A DNA stretch of 64,000 nucleotides from Guillardia theta CCMP2712 (taxonomy: Eukaryota > Protista > Cryptophyta): NCBI RefSeq assembly GCF_000315625.1, contig NW_005434672.1:1239205-1303204 (forward strand). The letters are read 5' to 3'. The notes beneath the pieces were generated by a model that was not told the DNA's origin, made no database searches, and saw nothing but the letters and a program-made list of their open reading frames with translations. Below are positions 60,401 through 64,000 of this stretch, in pieces. Position numbers and translations under genes: made by a program. Within the stretch, counting starts at the first letter, position 1. Each line of letters begins with the position of its first letter.

Positions 60401-63400
60401 AGTTTGTGAACCTACCACCGACGAAATGGTTCAAATATCTAGGGATTCGAATCAGCTTGTGGCGATCAGGAGGAAGAGGCAACAGGGTGCACACCTGCCC
60501 CTTCACGTGGGGAGAGAAGGAGCATATCTTCGAAAAGACCAGGGAACTGACAAACCTGATTGAATCATCGGCCTACTCTGCAGCCCAGAAGTACTACCTA
60601 GTCAAAGTAGGTATCGTGAATATCTTTCGATACTCGGCGGTACTCGTTAGCTGGACGTGGAAAGATTTACAAACCTTGGATAACCTCTGGACCAGAGCGT
60701 TCAAACGAGCTATGGGATTGAGTAAGAGCACAAGCAATGCGATTTTTCGCCTACCTTGGGACAGTGGAGGCCTCCAACTCCCCCATCCAGCACCCATCTT
60801 GGGAAGGGCGGCGATTCGGTATCTAGAGAAAGAAACGAATAAGAAATGCAGGGTGGATGATGATATCAAAAGCAGTCTGATCCACAAACTAACATCATGG
60901 TGCAACCAATGGGGGTGCCAAACAATAAGCCAAGTACAACGAGAAATCAGATCGGGCAGACTCAACGAGATCGAAGAGATAAGGGGCCCAGAACGACTCG
61001 CAATATGGGTAGCGGAGAAAATGCAGACAACTATCAGCTGGGAAATGATTGAAAGCAAGATGAGACCGGGGACAATAGCTATGCTACACGACATTGAAGA
61101 CAAGATGCTCTCAGAAGAAAACTCCCTGCTCCCAGAAGAACAATCCCTGCGTACATCTCCTGCTCGGCAAGGCTGGGAGAGCTTTGCTAAGGCATGGAGA
61201 AAATTACCCCAAGTAGGCTATCACTACCTAACAAATATCTTACCTGTTCCAGATACCGAAGGCATCTCCCTGCACCTACCCATTCGACTCTGGCCATTCC
61301 CAAAGCAACGGGAACAGGCAGAAGAAATCCTTGCACGATATCTGCAAGTGAACGTCATCTGGGCAAAACTCGGTCAAGAGCAGGCAGGAACAGGGAAGAG
61401 AAGAAGGCCAGCCAGAGAGGAAGGGAAGCCCTCAAACAAGAGAAGGAAAGGAAAAAGGGAGGCTAGCCCACACGAGCTCCTGCCACCCACGAAACTAGCC
61501 AGACCGGACCAAGGGAGAGAGGAAACAAATAGGAGGGCTCATACCCGGGAGATTTTGAGGGAGCTCCTCCAACATGACGCTACTTACTATGGGGATGACA
61601 AGAATCAGCGAGAAAGATTCTGTTACACTTCAGGGCACATACCTTTCAAAGTTCATGGAGACATCGCTATCTTTGAGCCGCCCCACACAGGAGTAAACAC
61701 AACCTCTGACCCACCAATAGAATGGGTGGAAGCGTCGCTGGACTCGGCTCCCTTCACATCTGCAACAAAGGAAGAAGAAGACGGGAATCACCGAAGAGAA
61801 TGCAATCAAAGTATCCATCTGTTGCTGGAAATAGTCAATATGTTGGACGACGGCGAAACAGAAGCTACAGCATGGTGGCAACAACTCGAAGAGGTAGTAT
61901 CAGAGGTTCGCCAAGAAACAACACAACCATTGGCATACGAGTTTTTACAACACCTAGCAGAGATCACAGATTGTGACATCAGTACATTTCGTAACTGGCC
62001 GACACTACACACGCATCCCCAGGCTCTGAGCAACAAGAGAGCAAAGGAACTGCAACGAGTGGTGGTTTGGATAGATAAACAAAAGAGATTTCGCGAGCAC
62101 ATCCTGCAAAACACAATACATGTCATTCTGATAGGATGGAAGAATAACATTGATGAGATACCAGAAGGCTTCGAAATTATCAGCCGGATCCCGAAAGGCG
62201 CTCAGATAGCATACGCAGCAAACTTTTGGGGAACAGGGAATCGTTGCCTGATGAAAACGTTAGAGGAGCTATGGATACTCGTCAAGCACACATTCCCAAC
62301 ATACCCCAGAGCTCAGCTTCATGACAACATCCTCCCAACGTATGAGGAGATGTGTAACCAACGAAGGGGTCAGATCCAGCCGCGCAGCGATCACCAAGGC
62401 GGAAGGCATTTCACAGCAGCTATTGAAGGAGACGTCACACAGAGCAGAAAAAATAGAACCATGCGAATAGGGTATGTTCTCCAGCAACAAGCGACGGCAG
62501 CAGGAGGAGGGATGAAAATCAATGGGAAATGCAGCATCATTCGAGCGAATACAATTGCAATTGGCTTACTGTTCCAACATATCCTCGAGGAAGGGATACA
62601 AATCAAGAGGGGAAATCAAGTCACAATCATGTATCAGTCCACCCGCTTTCACCGCTTCATCACGAATACATTACGCATTGATACCATGCGATACGAAGAT
62701 GAACTGCTGGAGGACCTACATGATCGATTACTCACTTGCATGAAGAAACTCGAGGGGAGAGGAATCAAGATCCGACTTCAATTAGCAAAAGAATCTGACC
62801 GACACATCCAAGAGGCAAAGGAGATGGCCAAACAAGCAAAACAAACATTTGCCTCGGGATGGGAGAAAGCGATTTATGACAGCGCAATGGAGTTCACCAT
62901 CGCAGGAGAAGACAGTCCTACATCAGGAATGGATAGATTGAAGAAGTGGGACTATATAATTCGACAACAGGCAATGACTGCGAGGATTCGAGCGGGAGAC
63001 CTCACCTTGACGGAGAAATTCATGCTTGAAGTACATGTGGGCAGAAACCTACTCGCGAAGGCGTTTAGAGTATGCCAAGGTTCATTCACACGAACAGCAA
63101 TTCAAGCGATAACCTTCTCAGCACCGACGAGGAAGAAGCTCTTTCAATGGGGGAAGACTAACTCATCATGCTGCCCCCACTGTCCAGACCGAGAAGAAAC
63201 CTGGGGGCATATTCAGCTGGCATGTCGGCAGTTTCAAGCAATGATCCAACAAGCACACAATCAAGTCATGAAGAAGATCAAGGTAAGACTGCAGCAGAGT
63301 TGGAGGAAACAAAGGCTACAGGTCACTACATGGTGGGAAACTCCAATGCGCATCGTGATGGAAGCGATGGGGACTTCAATGCACCAAGAAGGACAATGGA

Positions 63401-63771
63401 TACCAGACGGTTGCTGCTACTTTACAAACATCAAACGCATCGTCATCATTGAATTCGCAAGGACATCGGAATATGACGGAGTCGAACACACAAGCCTGGA
63501 ATGCCTGAAGAAGAAATTTCAGGAAAAAGAAGAGAAATATGCCGATCTACGAGCAGAAATCATAGCTCTGCTCCCTGACCATGAAGTTGAACAAGCAACA
63601 TTCATAGCAGGAGTGAAAGGATCGATCATGGAGAGGGAATGGCATGAGAATTTCAGGAGGCTAAGGGTGGATGACACGGAATGGGAAAGCATCAAGACAG
63701 CAGCAATCAAGCAACTGCTGGAGGTGCAACACATGCTATGGACGGCAAGAAGGGGAAGCGAGTCGACCTAG
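57421..63771 (+). CDS. Retrotransposon polyprotein: APE endonuclease - Cys cluster - RT - RNase H-like - CCHC - restriction-like endonuclease
   Basis: APE: SQNVNG, LQEV, GDFNA, LDHIF, DH (about 57511-58311). RT: KAAGMD, RPI, QEGFR, LDFANFFNNV, GLPQGSPASP, FADD (60214), GLELNTKKS, YLGI. Knuckle: C-X2-C-X8-H-X4-C (63172-63225). RLE: AHN, PD-X14-E (63403-63453), KEEKY. Confidence 0.95.
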   Translation: MQESNAHEATTDRSVHSAWVETHKKDNAPGNIISQNVNGCSQFVLKHILAYLIEKYHPSIVMLQEVRVGRGKKKETDLRMMIKKEWGCYRMFMTKGTGFGRKGKSDLRLVILAHADLLPRPPSSPNGTALEGAHRQKIQVLQISRKKENILLCNIHMPVATEEGEQDSMWKALSQMLKPDPNIKLIIIGGDFNASRQHPEIPMRIGYGSNSSVHRADEKMEQVLNELGRVQTVTCEKMCRSSTHFTFSTWYKQGHHQAKLDHIFAFHHPSRTVSLISQTAEDCIIGAAVDHRALVVNVSSLDAEGEQAIPKIEILPQRRDREAIPRRKKRVVEMDKLSGRLGVEWAIALDEKITAAKALHQDLDILELITTALPTKEIPLRGSGGKRHASKIQMDLKRKIKQLQRDLRSASEIPDFIDRAHKESSLHAEIREKMTKFKEICAAQDQEIFLKTCDERRRRLGTIGSKESQNAMGKKSDFKPKAPMLSQLSEKCHPNTIELTSWRDLQPALQQPETAYLQELNPLIETFLQSSSKESSKTFWNARHQTMLHVETLGARNQAPQKMYITLAPAHAIVPIIRGLITRGQPGGWRLVGYKNIEQFIPMRLARDLEDETHTATFFAVNGCTLNGTCARAECQTKGRMIPLYDRRQENKEPKILFFCKSCQLFTSIKPPDFDPPDQINQYQTREIEIAYPLEPGEIQVWIQRLSNRKAAGMDLISNEILKALPDSAKEEIGEVISKALTGDKKMLNMLARVRLLPKNELCHVLENQRPICVLSSVTRIFQAVIAHRLAKAAEKHKLLTNNQEGFRPEGGTIRQGHRLLNIIEEAQSNQHTLILLYLDFANFFNNVAVESIAKIMEVYGFHQRDVDVVISGSKGIALQIQTERFETAAIPLLRGLPQGSPASPPKTNLLLSILSRQLDQQQTQHPNNLSFADDLVLIANSVREMKTLVQVVERFCRWSGLELNTKKSEITSFDYRLKREIPGTQNIKFFDKEFVNLPPTKWFKYLGIRISLWRSGGRGNRVHTCPFTWGEKEHIFEKTRELTNLIESSAYSAAQKYYLVKVGIVNIFRYSAVLVSWTWKDLQTLDNLWTRAFKRAMGLSKSTSNAIFRLPWDSGGLQLPHPAPILGRAAIRYLEKETNKKCRVDDDIKSSLIHKLTSWCNQWGCQTISQVQREIRSGRLNEIEEIRGPERLAIWVAEKMQTTISWEMIESKMRPGTIAMLHDIEDKMLSEENSLLPEEQSLRTSPARQGWESFAKAWRKLPQVGYHYLTNILPVPDTEGISLHLPIRLWPFPKQREQAEEILARYLQVNVIWAKLGQEQAGTGKRRRPAREEGKPSNKRRKGKREASPHELLPPTKLARPDQGREETNRRAHTREILRELLQHDATYYGDDKNQRERFCYTSGHIPFKVHGDIAIFEPPHTGVNTTSDPPIEWVEASLDSAPFTSATKEEEDGNHRRECNQSIHLLLEIVNMLDDGETEATAWWQQLEEVVSEVRQETTQPLAYEFLQHLAEITDCDISTFRNWPTLHTHPQALSNKRAKELQRVVVWIDKQKRFREHILQNTIHVILIGWKNNIDEIPEGFEIISRIPKGAQIAYAANFWGTGNRCLMKTLEELWILVKHTFPTYPRAQLHDNILPTYEEMCNQRRGQIQPRSDHQGGRHFTAAIEGDVTQSRKNRTMRIGYVLQQQATAAGGGMKINGKCSIIRANTIAIGLLFQHILEEGIQIKRGNQVTIMYQSTRFHRFITNTLRIDTMRYEDELLEDLHDRLLTCMKKLEGRGIKIRLQLAKESDRHIQEAKEMAKQAKQTFASGWEKAIYDSAMEFTIAGEDSPTSGMDRLKKWDYIIRQQAMTARIRAGDLTLTEKFMLEVHVGRNLLAKAFRVCQGSFTRTAIQAITFSAPTRKKLFQWGKTNSSCCPHCPDREETWGHIQLACRQFQAMIQQAHNQVMKKIKVRLQQSWRKQRLQVTTWWETPMRIVMEAMGTSMHQEGQWIPDGCCYFTNIKRIVIIEFARTSEYDGVEHTSLECLKKKFQEKEEKYADLRAEIIALLPDHEVEQATFIAGVKGSIMEREWHENFRRLRVDDTEWESIKTAAIKQLLEVQHMLWTARRGSEST

Positions 63772-63869
63772 TCCGATGGGGGCAGGTGAGGGGGCAGGCG
63801 CGGCACAGGGGCAAGCCACCTATGGAGCACAGGCGGCAGGGAAGGAAAACAAGCCTAGCATCAAGGAGG

Positions 63870-64000
63870 CAGGCGCAGCTCATGGTCATGGAGGGAAGAG
63901 GTGGGCGACTGGGGGGGGGAAGGGACAGGACAGGCGCAGCTCATAGTCTTGGAGGGAAGGGGTGGGCGACTGGGGGGGGAAGGGACAGGACAGGCGCAGC
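63870..64000 (+). repeat. G-rich tandem repeat of about 60 bp in the 3' UTR of copy 2
   Basis: CAGGCGCAGC starts at 63870, 63931 and 63991; each unit contains a G8-9 run. Confidence 0.9.

Larger units (their letters stand above)
57407..64000 (+). mobile_element. Non-LTR retrotransposon copy 2, dual-endonuclease (Dualen/RandI-type); 3' UTR runs off the window
   Basis: Intact ORF with APE, RT, CCHC and RLE domains, starting immediately after the telomeric tract. Confidence 0.93.

Noticed and set aside
57412-63771. Telomerase (TERT), Penelope-like element or group II intron RT
   Set aside because: The APE domain, non-LTR-type RT motifs and CCHC+RLE tail identify a non-LTR retrotransposon; no TERT T-motif or GIY-YIG domain is seen.

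Overview
Eukaryotic nuclear DNA with many short GT-AG introns, probably from a cryptophyte-type alga with a complex red plastid (inferred from a plastid Cpn10 with a signal peptide followed by Phe, an RWP-RK factor and TTTAGGG repeats). There are three zones. (1) 1-40 kb is ordinary gene-dense sequence: glycosyltransferase-like gene, WD40/TPR, EF-hand/WD40, TMA16, TOG/HEAT-like, TDY-MAPK, RWP-RK, NO66/RIOX1, plastid Cpn10 and an EF-hand kinase. (2) About 40.3-52.4 kb is a subtelomere-like patchwork: spliced-together 18S rDNA fragments, a truncated C9orf78/Tls1 pseudogene, a cox2 numt, microsatellites, and an inverted gene duplicate that breaks off directly into (TTTAGGG)n. (3) 52.4-64 kb is a head-to-tail array of two non-LTR retrotransposons, each preceded by a short (TTTAGGG)n tract. 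The intact 2119-aa ORF encodes an APE endonuclease, a Cys cluster, RT, a degenerate RNase H-like region, a CCHC knuckle and a PD-(D/E)xK restriction-like endonuclease. This is a dual-endonuclease (Dualen/RandI-type) element, and all visible junctions fit insertion at TTT^AGGG. This apparently telomere-repeat-targeted dual-endonuclease retrotransposon is the main finding. Boundaries of intron-containing genes are approximate, and all family assignments come from motif recognition by eye.
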